From IMG/VR virus record IMGVR_UViG_3300048886_000443, positions 1-26,104 of that record: DNA of 26,104 bases; one strand, given 5' to 3'. Shown piece after piece: positions 8,499 to 16,971 of the stretch. The DNA is from a virus. Taxonomy: Duplodnaviria > Caudoviricetes. Every line of letters starts with the position of its first letter. The first letter of the stretch is position 1. The notes below the pieces were generated by a model. That model was not told the origin of the DNA and did no database searches. It worked only from the letters and a program-made list of their open reading frames with translations. Position numbers and translations under genes: made by a program.

Positions 8499-9098
8499 AT
8501 GGCTAACAAACAGACAGCTGGTTTTGGTCTTTGGGCTTCTGGAACGCTGGGATCAACTCCCGCGACAGCAGGTCAAGGTCAATACTGGATCGCTACTGGG
8601 CAAGCCACTAGCATATACCAAGGCGAAGCAGTAACTATCGCTGGCGGATATGTTGTGACTGGTCAAGGTAGTAAAACGGCAACGACTGTCGGTGTCTTTA
8701 ATGGTTGTTTCTTCAACGCGGCTACTACTTTGAAGCCAACTTGGAGCAACTATTATTACCAAGTAACTCCAGCGAACAGTGAAGAAATACAAGCGTTCGT
8801 ATTAGATAATCCTTTCCAAGTTTACAATGTTGTAACGGATGCGTTAATTGCAGCGAATATACCTGCAGCGCATGCTAAAATATGGGAAACTTATGGAATG
8901 AACGTTTCGGCTACATCCGGAACTGCTTCAGGTGGAAGATCTAGTTCAACACTTTCAATTTCTGACGGTTCAAATGCGAATACTAAATCGTGGAGATTCT
9001 TAGGATCCTCAGAAGATCCGGATAACTCAGATCAAACTGCAGCTTATGCTACAGTTAGAGTTGTTCAGAACCAAAACGAATTAATTCGTAATACATAA
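8499..9098 (+). CDS. Capsid-associated (decoration/cement-like) protein
   Basis: 199 aa, beta-rich and A/T/G/S-rich; IYQGEAV and GVFNGC motifs; immediately upstream of the major capsid gene. Confidence 0.65.
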   Translation: MANKQTAGFGLWASGTLGSTPATAGQGQYWIATGQATSIYQGEAVTIAGGYVVTGQGSKTATTVGVFNGCFFNAATTLKPTWSNYYYQVTPANSEEIQAFVLDNPFQVYNVVTDALIAANIPAAHAKIWETYGMNVSATSGTASGGRSSSTLSISDGSNANTKSWRFLGSSEDPDNSDQTAAYATVRVVQNQNELIRNT

Positions 9099-9114
9099 TA
9101 GGAGCAATTAGACA

Positions 9115-10029
9115 ATGGCAATATCAAGAGCGCAACTCGTAAAAGAGTTGGAACCAGGCCTAAATGCACTATTTGGGCTGGAATACAAAAGGTACGACAA
9201 CGAGTCTGCCGAAATATACGTTACTGAGTCTAGTGACAGAGCTTTCGAAGAGGAAGTTATGTTATCAGGATTCGCTAACGCTGATGTAAAAGCAGAAGGT
9301 CAAGGCGTATCATACGATACAGCACAAGAGACTTACACTGCTCGTTACACTATGGAAACGATCGCGCTTGCTTTCGCTATCACAGAAGAAGCTATCGAAG
9401 ATAACCTCTACGATAGATTAGCTTCTAGATACACAAAAGCACTAGCAAGATCTATGTCTAACGCAAAACAAGTTAAAGCAGCTAACCCTTTGAATAACGG
9501 TCTACCTTCGGTAGCGACTTATAACACAGGTGATGGCGTAGCATTGTTCTCAACTGCCCACCCAACGGTCAGTGGAACAAATGTTTCAAACACTTTAACT
9601 ACTCAAGCGGACTTAAACGAAACTTCATTAGAACAAGCATTGATTGACATCGCTGCTTTTACTGATGAGAGAGGTTTAAAAGTTGCAGCTAGAGGCGTTA
9701 AGATGATCGTCCCATCTGCTAACCAATTCAATGCTGAAAGACTTTTAAAGTCTCAAGGTAGAACTGGTACTGCGGATAACGATATCAATGCAGTCAACTC
9801 TATGGGAATGATTCCTCAAGGATACAGAGTGAACCATTTCTTAAATGATGCTGACTCATGGTACGTTATTACGGACGTTCCAAATGGTATGAAACACTTT
9901 GAAAGAACTCCGTTGACTACGTCAATGGAAGGTGATTTCGATACTGGTAACGTAAGATACAAAGCTAGAGAAAGATACGTCTACGGCGCATCTGACTATA
10001 GAGGTATCTTCGGCGTTGAAGGTGCGTAA
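9115..10029 (+). CDS. Major capsid protein
   Basis: MAISRAQLVKELEPGLNALFG...SDRAFEEEV...AFAITEEAIEDNLY...GDFDTGNVRYKARERY; strongly biased codon usage; followed by a strong terminator. Confidence 0.92.
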   Translation: MAISRAQLVKELEPGLNALFGLEYKRYDNESAEIYVTESSDRAFEEEVMLSGFANADVKAEGQGVSYDTAQETYTARYTMETIALAFAITEEAIEDNLYDRLASRYTKALARSMSNAKQVKAANPLNNGLPSVATYNTGDGVALFSTAHPTVSGTNVSNTLTTQADLNETSLEQALIDIAAFTDERGLKVAARGVKMIVPSANQFNAERLLKSQGRTGTADNDINAVNSMGMIPQGYRVNHFLNDADSWYVITDVPNGMKHFERTPLTTSMEGDFDTGNVRYKARERYVYGASDYRGIFGVEGA

Positions 10030-10042
10030 CCTAAACTAAATT

Positions 10043-10073
10043 TGTGGCCGAACATAGTTCGGCCACATTTTCT
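10043..10073 (+). terminator. Rho-independent terminator after the major capsid gene
   Basis: Perfect 11-bp stem TGTGGCCGAAC-ATA-GTTCGGCCACA followed by TTTTCT. Confidence 0.85.
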
Positions 10074-10089
10074 AAATATGGTGAGAAAT

Positions 10090-10341
10090 ATGAGGAAATT
10101 CCTAGTAAAAATTAATGCTTATCAATATCATGCAGAATTTGAAATTCTGGCTGATGATAATGTTGAATCTATTGAAAATTCTATCATTGACAAACTAGGA
10201 GAAAAAAGTGTAAAATGGGAATATCTTGGAGAAATGATGGATCCCAAGATTAAACGAATAACCTATGAGGAGGTTGTTGATGGTACACGAGTTGTACAAA
10301 CAGAAAAAGTCCTTGGAGTTGAGGTGGCAACTGGAGTATGA
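10090..10341 (+). CDS. Small acidic hypothetical protein
   Basis: The track start (10042) lies at the terminator; the in-frame ATG at 10090 (MRKFLVKINAY) follows GGTGAG. Confidence 0.7.
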   Translation: MRKFLVKINAYQYHAEFEILADDNVESIENSIIDKLGEKSVKWEYLGEMMDPKIKRITYEEVVDGTRVVQTEKVLGVEVATGV

Positions 10342-10489
10342 GCAAGAAGGTAAATATACTCTTAACATGGTCAGAATTGATAATGCTATTAAAGACACTA
10401 TCAATGAGATTAAACTCGAAGAGACTAAAATTGCAGATAGAGAAAATGCAATTAAAAATGCTGCCCCCCAAGTTTCTGTGGCTACTTAG
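10280..10489 (+). CDS. Small coiled-coil hypothetical protein
   Basis: GAGGAGG RBS at 10267-10273 places the start at ATG 10280 (MVHELYKQKK); overlaps the upstream gene by 62 nt. Confidence 0.7.
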   Translation: MVHELYKQKKSLELRWQLEYEQEGKYTLNMVRIDNAIKDTINEIKLEETKIADRENAIKNAAPQVSVAT

Positions 10490-10533
10490 ATAAACGCCAC
10501 ATCGCTGGAATCTTGTATTTCTACAAGGATCTC

Positions 10534-10562
10534 TTGCACTCTGCTTAAATCTACTATATAAA
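10534..10562 (+). promoter_or_regulatory. Putative sigma70 promoter TTGCAC-N17-TATAAA
   Basis: In the 153-nt intergenic gap, upstream of a structured leader and the 10643 gene. Confidence 0.65.
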
Positions 10563-10642
10563 TAACTCACTAAGATTAATTAAACATAAATTGGTTATTC
10601 TTTGCTTAGGAAGAATGACTGGCGCTAGGAGGCGCTGATTAT

Positions 10643-11449
10643 ATGACAACACACTTTTCAAGTGGCGTAACAAACGTAAGAGGAAAAGCTAATGGTACTT
10701 CTTTATTTAGTGGTATCAAGCAACCTTTAATAACAGGTGCAACTACACCTGCTGAATGGGCATTTCAAGATGACTTTGTCCAATTTTCACAAACAACTTT
10801 GTCCCCATGGACTATAACAGATCCAGGTGGTACTGCGTACATGCTAGCTCAATATCCGCAAGGATGGTTGAGAATGGGAGATGCTTCTCCAGTTGCAGCA
10901 GACGTTAGTATTGCAGCATCAGAAGATGTTTTTCAATATCATTCATTAAAACAATGGTGGTTTGAAACTTCCATCGCAGTTACTGATGTTACTGAACTTA
11001 ACACTTTTGTTGGTTTTGCGGCAAATGCTTATGCAGACCCTGTAGCAGTACCAGATGATGGTATTGGATTCTCTCATTTAGAAGATACAACTACAATTCA
11101 ATTTGTATCTAGAAAAAATGGAGCAGGAACTTCTTTCGACATGAAAGATAGTGCAGCAGGAAGTACTTATACTTTTGCTGATTCTACTGTAACGACACAA
11201 TCAGCAACGGCATACAACATGCCTGATAATAATGTTAGATTGGGATTTTTATTCCAACCAGCAGGAACTGAGTTGGGTCAAACATCTGCACAGTATAAAC
11301 TTTTCTTAAATGGTAATATTGTTGGAACACAAGCAGCAACAACTGTTCCTGATGATTTACTTATGGAAATGAAGATCATGAGTGAAAGTAAAGGAACTGT
11401 AACTAACGATCTTTACGTTGACTACGTTCAGACGATACAACAAAGATAA
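10643..11449 (+). CDS. Virion structural protein (beta-sandwich/lectin-like fold likely)
   Basis: AGGAGG RBS; 268 aa, Thr-rich, beta-strand pattern; MTTHFSSGVTN start and LYVDYV end. Confidence 0.6.
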   Translation: MTTHFSSGVTNVRGKANGTSLFSGIKQPLITGATTPAEWAFQDDFVQFSQTTLSPWTITDPGGTAYMLAQYPQGWLRMGDASPVAADVSIAASEDVFQYHSLKQWWFETSIAVTDVTELNTFVGFAANAYADPVAVPDDGIGFSHLEDTTTIQFVSRKNGAGTSFDMKDSAAGSTYTFADSTVTTQSATAYNMPDNNVRLGFLFQPAGTELGQTSAQYKLFLNGNIVGTQAATTVPDDLLMEMKIMSESKGTVTNDLYVDYVQTIQQR

Positions 11450-11458
11450 TAATATTAT

Positions 11459-11482
11459 TCTAGGCTCCTACGGGAGCCTAGA
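11459..11482 (+). terminator. Stable hairpin with a cUACGg tetraloop (weak terminator or mRNA stabiliser)
   Basis: Perfect 10-bp stem TCTAGGCTCC-TACG-GGAGCCTAGA; no clear U-tract. Confidence 0.6.
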
Positions 11483-11498
11483 TAATTAGGAGAAAATT

Positions 11499-12104
11499 AT
11501 GTCAATAACTTTAAGTAATTGGGTTTATATCAGTGACGAAGTAACAGCCGACGCTAATTACTTTGTAACTGCAGCTAGACCAAATACAGATGCTACTATG
11601 GCAGCAACAAGCTTAGCTTCCACTCATAATGGGGGCGGTCGAAATGTTACTGTTACAACTAATGGATCTGAATCTGGAATTACCTTAACAGCTACAGGCA
11701 CAGACGTGGATGGAGCTGCTCAAACTGAAGAGATAGCTTTACCAGGAAGTGCTACTTTAACTGCTGGAACTAAAATTTTTAAAACGGTCACTGCAGTGAG
11801 TGTTACTTCTCAACCAGCAGCTAATATAACAGTTGGTTTTGGAACGGCATGTGGAGCTAAAATTGGTGGTGGTGGAGTTTTTGGAAGCTTTAGAACTACT
11901 TCAGGCGCAGTCGCTGGAACTTGTAGTTTTAGAACTGGTGGAACTGCCGGAACTGTAATCGCTACTGACTTATCAAGTGGAAGTGCGGGAGGAAACAATG
12001 GTCAAGTTTCAGCTCATGGCACAGGAGCTAGATTAGTAAATGGAATGTATGTAACCTATACTTTGACTCATTTTATTCAGATAATCGCGTTTTATGCCGG
12101 ATAG
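11499..12104 (+). CDS. Virion structural protein
   Basis: AGGAG RBS; 201 aa, T/A/G-rich; RNVTVT...TATGTDVDGAAQTEEI...GTKIFKTVT domain. Confidence 0.6.
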   Translation: MSITLSNWVYISDEVTADANYFVTAARPNTDATMAATSLASTHNGGGRNVTVTTNGSESGITLTATGTDVDGAAQTEEIALPGSATLTAGTKIFKTVTAVSVTSQPAANITVGFGTACGAKIGGGGVFGSFRTTSGAVAGTCSFRTGGTAGTVIATDLSSGSAGGNNGQVSAHGTGARLVNGMYVTYTLTHFIQIIAFYAG

Positions 12105-12112
12105 GAGATTAG

Positions 12113-12868
12113 ATGGCAAATACAACATCTGGCTCTTACACATTCGATAAAAACTTTGCAATAGATGATATTATTGCTGAAGCATATGAGCGAATTGGTT
12201 TAGTAGGATCAGCCGGACATCAACTTCAAAGTGCTAGAAGATCATTAAATATTTTATTTAATGAATGGGGAAATAGAGGAATTCATTTTTGGGAAATTGG
12301 TGACACTAATATTGATTTAAGTCAAGGTACGGAAACGTATAATTTCTACAGAGATAGCGGAGATGGTACAAGTGCAACTACTGCACCTGTTAATGGTCTT
12401 TATGGTATAACTGATATCTTATCAGCTTCTTACAGAACAGATTATAATACTACTTCACAAACTGATTTACCTTTAACAAAAGTAGATAGATCTACTTACG
12501 CAGCTTTTTCAAATAAACTGGTACAAGGAACTCCCAGTCAGTTTTGGGTTCAAAGATTTATAGATAGAACTACTCTTACAATTTATCCGACAGCTGCTTC
12601 ATCACAAGCAAGTAACTATGTTCATATTTATTATGTAGCTAGAATTCAAGATGTTGGAGAGGCTTACACTAATGCAGTGGATGCACCTTATAGATTTATA
12701 CCATGTATGGTATCAGGCCTAGCTTATTATCTTTCTCAAAAATATGCACCACCAAGAACACAAGAATTAAAATTATTATACGAAGACGAATTACAAAGAG
12801 CTTTACAGGAGGATGGATCAGCGGCGAGTACGTACATTACACCGAAAACTTATTATCCAAATATATAA
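12113..12868 (+). CDS. Head-tail adaptor / tail tubular protein A-like
   Basis: IIAEAYERIG...SARRSLNILFNEWGNRG, GTPSQFW, PYRFIPCMVSGLAYYLS, LYEDELQRAL: the helical-bundle plus beta-insert layout of podovirus adaptors. Confidence 0.7.
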   Translation: MANTTSGSYTFDKNFAIDDIIAEAYERIGLVGSAGHQLQSARRSLNILFNEWGNRGIHFWEIGDTNIDLSQGTETYNFYRDSGDGTSATTAPVNGLYGITDILSASYRTDYNTTSQTDLPLTKVDRSTYAAFSNKLVQGTPSQFWVQRFIDRTTLTIYPTAASSQASNYVHIYYVARIQDVGEAYTNAVDAPYRFIPCMVSGLAYYLSQKYAPPRTQELKLLYEDELQRALQEDGSAASTYITPKTYYPNI

Positions 12869-13212
12869 TGGCAATAGCAGTAATTAAAAAAATTTTACGA
12901 CAAATACCTAAGGTAGTTAAAAGTAAACGTAAAAAATTATTTCCTTTGGAAATTAAACCAGGAAAAAAGAAAGTTGATCCAAAAAGTCCTTTTGCTCATG
13001 TAGATGAATTAGGGTCTCCTCCACTTCATAGAGGCACTGGTCCTTCTGGAGTAGAAAAGAAAAAATTAAAAGAAGCTGGTGAAAGAATTGAAAAATGGTT
13101 TAGAAAAAAAGAAGGAAAAGGCCCTGTTAGAAAGCAAGATTCATTACCTGGTTTAAAAAAAGGTGGTTTAATTAAAGGCTTTCCTAAAATTGCTAAGAAA
13201 GGTTGGAGATAA
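12868..13212 (+). CDS. Basic hypothetical protein (114 aa)
   Basis: Likely start at the TAATG overlap (ATG 12868, MAIAVIKKIL) rather than 12703; also ends in a TAATG overlap; LKKGGLI near the C-terminus. Confidence 0.7.
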   Translation: MAIAVIKKILRQIPKVVKSKRKKLFPLEIKPGKKKVDPKSPFAHVDELGSPPLHRGTGPSGVEKKKLKEAGERIEKWFRKKEGKGPVRKQDSLPGLKKGGLIKGFPKIAKKGWR

Positions 13213-13793
13213 TGGGAAAATTTTCAAGCGGTAGAAATGCATTAATGATTTCAGATCGTTCTGGAGCTGCATTTCCATATAGAGAAATGGTTCAAGAATG
13301 GAATGGTTTATGGGTACATAATTCTGAATATGAACCTAAACAACCTCAAGTTAGTCCAAGACCTCATGGAGCAGACCCACAAGCTTTACAACATGCAAAA
13401 CCTGCAAGAACAGAATTTGGTGTAGCAGATGTATTAACCTATAATCCTTTAACCACATATCAAATTGGATCTCCAATTGTAAACGTTAATTTACCAGGAC
13501 ATGGTTATACTACTACAGATGTAAAAAGATTTAGAGGTCCTTTAGGGGCTGCAGGAGTATTTGGTACTCCAGAAGGAGTTGGTGGAATTACAGGAGCAAC
13601 GATTGCAAAAGCTGCAGGATATTCTATAACAGTAGGTAAATATGTTGATGGTGGTACTGATACAACAGGACCCAATAACACTGGACAATTTGGTAGAAAT
13701 TGGTTTTGGTTTAGTGCCGATACAAATGCAACAAGCGTAGAAACAGGAGGAGGATATCCGATCTCAGTAGGACCGGTTACTTTACAATCATAA
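13212..13793 (+). CDS. Virion structural (neck/tail) protein
   Basis: TAATG overlap with GGAG RBS; MGKFSSGRNALMISDRSG...EWNG...EYEPKQPQ N-terminus and a beta-rich C-terminal domain. Confidence 0.65.
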   Translation: MGKFSSGRNALMISDRSGAAFPYREMVQEWNGLWVHNSEYEPKQPQVSPRPHGADPQALQHAKPARTEFGVADVLTYNPLTTYQIGSPIVNVNLPGHGYTTTDVKRFRGPLGAAGVFGTPEGVGGITGATIAKAAGYSITVGKYVDGGTDTTGPNNTGQFGRNWFWFSADTNATSVETGGGYPISVGPVTLQS

Positions 13794-14524
13794 TGGCAGG
13801 ATATACACTTTCAGGATTAGAAACTGATATTAGAAATTGGGCAGAAGTTGATTCAACAGTTTTTACTGGTGCTGTTCTAAGCAGATTTATTGAAAATGCT
13901 GAATATAGAATTGCTTATGATCTTCCTATGGATTCAGATAGAGTAGAATCCAACGCTCAATTTGCTCAAAATTTTAATACAATAACTGTGCCTGCAGGAT
14001 GTTTATTTGTAAGAGGAGTTCTGGTTTTTAATTCAACTACTGATGATACTATTAAAGGAAAATATCTTTTAAAAAGAGATGTTACTTTTATGCAAGAATA
14101 TCAAGGAGAAGCTACAGGACCTACAGGTTCACAAACTGGTCAAAATGTAAAAGGTCTTCCTAAATATTATGCCATGTTTGGAGGAGCAACAGGAACTACA
14201 AGTTCTACTTCAGGCGCCTTATATGTATCTCCTACACCGGATCAAAACTATTTATACACTATTTTTTGGAATAAATTACCACCTGATTTGGCGACACAAA
14301 CTTCTGGCACATATGTTAGTAAATACTTCCCTCAGGGCTTATTATATGCTAGTTTAGTGGAAGCATTTACTTTTTTAAAAGGTCCAGCAGATATGTTGAC
14401 ATTATATGAACAAAAGTATAAACAAGAACTAACGAAATTTGCAAGTATGCAAATTGGAAGAAGAAGACGAGACGATTACACGGATGGTACTGTACGTATT
14501 CCAATCGAGTCACCGCCTCAGTAA
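13793..14524 (+). CDS. Second adaptor/tail tubular-like protein
   Basis: FIENAEYRI, GLPKYYAM, SPTPDQNY, LLYASLVEAFTFLKG...YEQKY: same layout as the 12113 product. Confidence 0.65.
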   Translation: MAGYTLSGLETDIRNWAEVDSTVFTGAVLSRFIENAEYRIAYDLPMDSDRVESNAQFAQNFNTITVPAGCLFVRGVLVFNSTTDDTIKGKYLLKRDVTFMQEYQGEATGPTGSQTGQNVKGLPKYYAMFGGATGTTSSTSGALYVSPTPDQNYLYTIFWNKLPPDLATQTSGTYVSKYFPQGLLYASLVEAFTFLKGPADMLTLYEQKYKQELTKFASMQIGRRRRDDYTDGTVRIPIESPPQ

Positions 14525-14538
14525 TTAGGAGATAAATT

Positions 14539-15003
14539 ATGGCAATAGTATCGGCAATTTGTAATAGTTTTAAACAAGAAATATTAGTAGAAGGTCACAA
14601 TTTTACTGGCGGTACAGACGCCTTTAAATTATCTTTATATGAAAGCTCTGCAGTTTTAAGTAAATCAACTACAGCATACACAGCACCAGCTGATGGTACG
14701 GCTGATCCAACAAACACTTATGAAGTTACTTCAACAGCATCAGGATATACAACAGGCGGAAATGCTTTAACAAGCACGACTCCAGTTTTATCTGGTGACA
14801 CTGCATGTTGTTTATTTGCAAGTACATCATGGGGATCAACAGCATCATTCACAGCAAGAGGATGCTTAATTTATAATTCAACGAATTCAAATAAAGCGGT
14901 TTGCACAATCAACTTTGGTGCAGACAAGACTGTGACAACTGGAACTTTTACAATTGAGTTCCCAGCACAAACAGCAGGCAACGCGATAATTCAGATAGCA
15001 TAG
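14539..15003 (+). CDS. Tail structural protein
   Basis: AGGAG RBS; CNSFKQEIL...FKLSLY...GYTTGG...FTARGCLIYN...FGADKT...GTFTIEFP. Confidence 0.7.
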   Translation: MAIVSAICNSFKQEILVEGHNFTGGTDAFKLSLYESSAVLSKSTTAYTAPADGTADPTNTYEVTSTASGYTTGGNALTSTTPVLSGDTACCLFASTSWGSTASFTARGCLIYNSTNSNKAVCTINFGADKTVTTGTFTIEFPAQTAGNAIIQIA

Positions 15004-15010
15004 GAGGCCC

Positions 15011-15874
15011 ATGTCGACGGGATGGGGACGACTAACCTGGGGACAATCTCAGTGGAATGGTTCTACTGTTTTGGCAACCGGTTGGGGCGCAAAATCTTGG
15101 GGAGAGAGTGAGTGGGGAGATCTTTCTGATGCAACCGTTACTCTTACAGGTGTATCAGCAACTACGGCAGTTGGGAGTTTAACAGAATTAATAGAAATAA
15201 AACCTGGTTGGGGTACTCTTAACTGGGGAGAAAATGGATGGGGTTCAGTTGAAAGTGCAACTGAAACTTTAACTGGTTTATCAGCTACCACAGCTTTAGG
15301 AACTTTAGCAGAAATTCCTGGACAATTAATTGGTTTAACAGGTCAATCAGCAACGTCTACAGTTGGTTCACCTAGTATTGATGCAAGTTTAACATTAACA
15401 TTAACAGGTCGACAACTTATTTCTTCATATGGAAATGTTTCTGTTGATGATCATTCAATTGGTTTAGTAGGTTTATCAGCTACATCATCCGTAGGTACTT
15501 TAAACCCTGCAGATGTTATAGGGGTGACTGGAAGATCGGCAAGCACTGATTTCGGTACTTTAACATTTACTTCTAATCCAACGATGACCTTAACAGGTGT
15601 ATCGGCTACCACTGCTTTAGGTACTTTAACAGTTTCTCCTGTTACTTTAACTACTTTAACCGGACGAGCAGCTACAACAGCTCAAGGAACGGTCGCTACC
15701 ACTCAATTAACAAATGCTAGTTTGGTGGGTCTAGGGGAGTCTTTAACAGCCACAGTAAATGGACCAGGTTTAATCTTAAAATATTATGGTAAAAAATCGC
15801 CAAAAGTTACTACGGGCTATACTAATAAAACACCAAAAGTAACCACTGGATATACTAATAAAACCCCTGCATAA
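15011..15874 (+). CDS. Repetitive tail/fibre protein with Trp-Gly repeats
   Basis: AGGAGG RBS; three GWGxxxWGxxxW units and about nine xLTGxSATxxxGxL repeats. Confidence 0.7.
   Translation: MSTGWGRLTWGQSQWNGSTVLATGWGAKSWGESEWGDLSDATVTLTGVSATTAVGSLTELIEIKPGWGTLNWGENGWGSVESATETLTGLSATTALGTLAEIPGQLIGLTGQSATSTVGSPSIDASLTLTLTGRQLISSYGNVSVDDHSIGLVGLSATSSVGTLNPADVIGVTGRSASTDFGTLTFTSNPTMTLTGVSATTALGTLTVSPVTLTTLTGRAATTAQGTVATTQLTNASLVGLGESLTATVNGPGLILKYYGKKSPKVTTGYTNKTPKVTTGYTNKTPA
15800..15865 (+). repeat. 33-bp tandem duplication encoding PKVTTGYTNKT twice
   Basis: Units 15800-15832 and 15833-15865 differ at five positions, all third-codon synonymous changes. Confidence 0.9.
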
Positions 15875-15880
15875 TTATGT

Positions 15881-15909
15881 TTGACTTAAAACCAAATAAC
15901 CAATATAAA
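15881..15909 (+). promoter_or_regulatory. Putative sigma70 promoter TTGACT-N17-TATAAA
   Basis: Intergenic, upstream of an AGGAG RBS and the ATG at 15934. Confidence 0.7.
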
Positions 15910-15933
15910 CTATTCAAATAGGAGATTTTTACA

Positions 15934-16542
15934 ATGGCTTCAACATATAATAGTCTTGGTATTCAATTAATGGCAACCGGAGAAAATGCCGGTACATGGG
16001 GTACAAATACCAACAATAATTTAAACTTTTACAAAAATACTTTTGGTTACATTGAAGTTGCATTAACAGCGAATAGAACTTTAACTATACCCGATGGTTC
16101 TACTGGAACTTATGATGGTAGAGCTTTTATTATTAAACTAACGGGTTCTACTGGTGGAAGTAGAGTTTTAGATATAGCGGCTCAAGCTGGAGATCCAGCA
16201 GCGAATATTGAAAAACCTTTTTTAATAATTGATAGTACAACTAGAGGCGGTAGTGATACTATAACTTTTAAAGTCACAGGTCAGACTGGTATAGCAGTAC
16301 CTAGATATGGAAATATTTGGTGTTATCATGATGGCACAGATATACGTTCATCAGGAATGCTTAGTACAAGGGGATCAGCAGGTACAGCACCAGCTCAACC
16401 TGTTTATACTTTACCAGCCACAGATGGCTCTGCTTCTCAAGTATTACAAACAGATGGCTCAGGAGCGGTCACTTTTGCTACTCTTCCTGCAGCTGGAATA
16501 TCAACAGGAAAAGCTATTGCAATGGCAATGATTTTCGGGTAA
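15934..16542 (+). CDS. Tail fibre (proximal/anchor) protein
   Basis: MASTY...LMATGENAGTWGTNTNNNL N-terminus, YTLPATDGSASQVLQTDGSG fibre motif, GKAIAMAMIFG C-terminus. Confidence 0.7.
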   Translation: MASTYNSLGIQLMATGENAGTWGTNTNNNLNFYKNTFGYIEVALTANRTLTIPDGSTGTYDGRAFIIKLTGSTGGSRVLDIAAQAGDPAANIEKPFLIIDSTTRGGSDTITFKVTGQTGIAVPRYGNIWCYHDGTDIRSSGMLSTRGSAGTAPAQPVYTLPATDGSASQVLQTDGSGAVTFATLPAAGISTGKAIAMAMIFG

Positions 16543-16563
16543 TAACAATAGAGGAATTAAATT

Positions 16564-16959
16564 ATGGCAAACCCAAATATAGTAGCAGTAACAAGTATCT
16601 ATGGTGGTAATTACGGATGGAATTTAACTGCTGGTTTAACGGATACATTACTTACAGTAGATGCAGAGAAATTATTAAAAATAAATAGAATAGTATGTAC
16701 AAATGTTGATGGTTCAACAGCGTATGATTTAAATTTATTTATTGATGGACTGGGAACAGCAGCAGCTAATGGATTAACTCCAACTGCAGCTGACGCTACA
16801 GTATATATAGCAAAAACAATTTCAATTCCCGCAGACGCTTCATTAGTTGTATCAGACACACCAATTTATTTAATGGAAGGCGATATTCTAAAAGGCGGTG
16901 GTTCTACTGTTAATAAATTAGATTTATTCATATCATATGAAGTTTTAGACGACGCTTAG
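16564..16959 (+). CDS. Tail fibre-associated small beta protein
   Basis: GAGGA RBS; KINRIVCTNVDG...IAKTISIPADASL...IYLMEGD...ISYE. Confidence 0.7.
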   Translation: MANPNIVAVTSIYGGNYGWNLTAGLTDTLLTVDAEKLLKINRIVCTNVDGSTAYDLNLFIDGLGTAAANGLTPTAADATVYIAKTISIPADASLVVSDTPIYLMEGDILKGGGSTVNKLDLFISYEVLDDA

Positions 16960-16971
16960 GAGGTTTAAATT

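Noticed and set aside
10000-10090. T7-style frameshift or readthrough extension of the major capsid protein
   Set aside because: No slippery heptamer before the TAA, and a strong terminator follows immediately.
12703-12867. Track-called N-terminal extensions (12703, also 10042, 10265, 13203, 22619, 23292)
   Set aside because: Downstream starts with an RBS or stop-start coupling fit better and avoid long overlaps.
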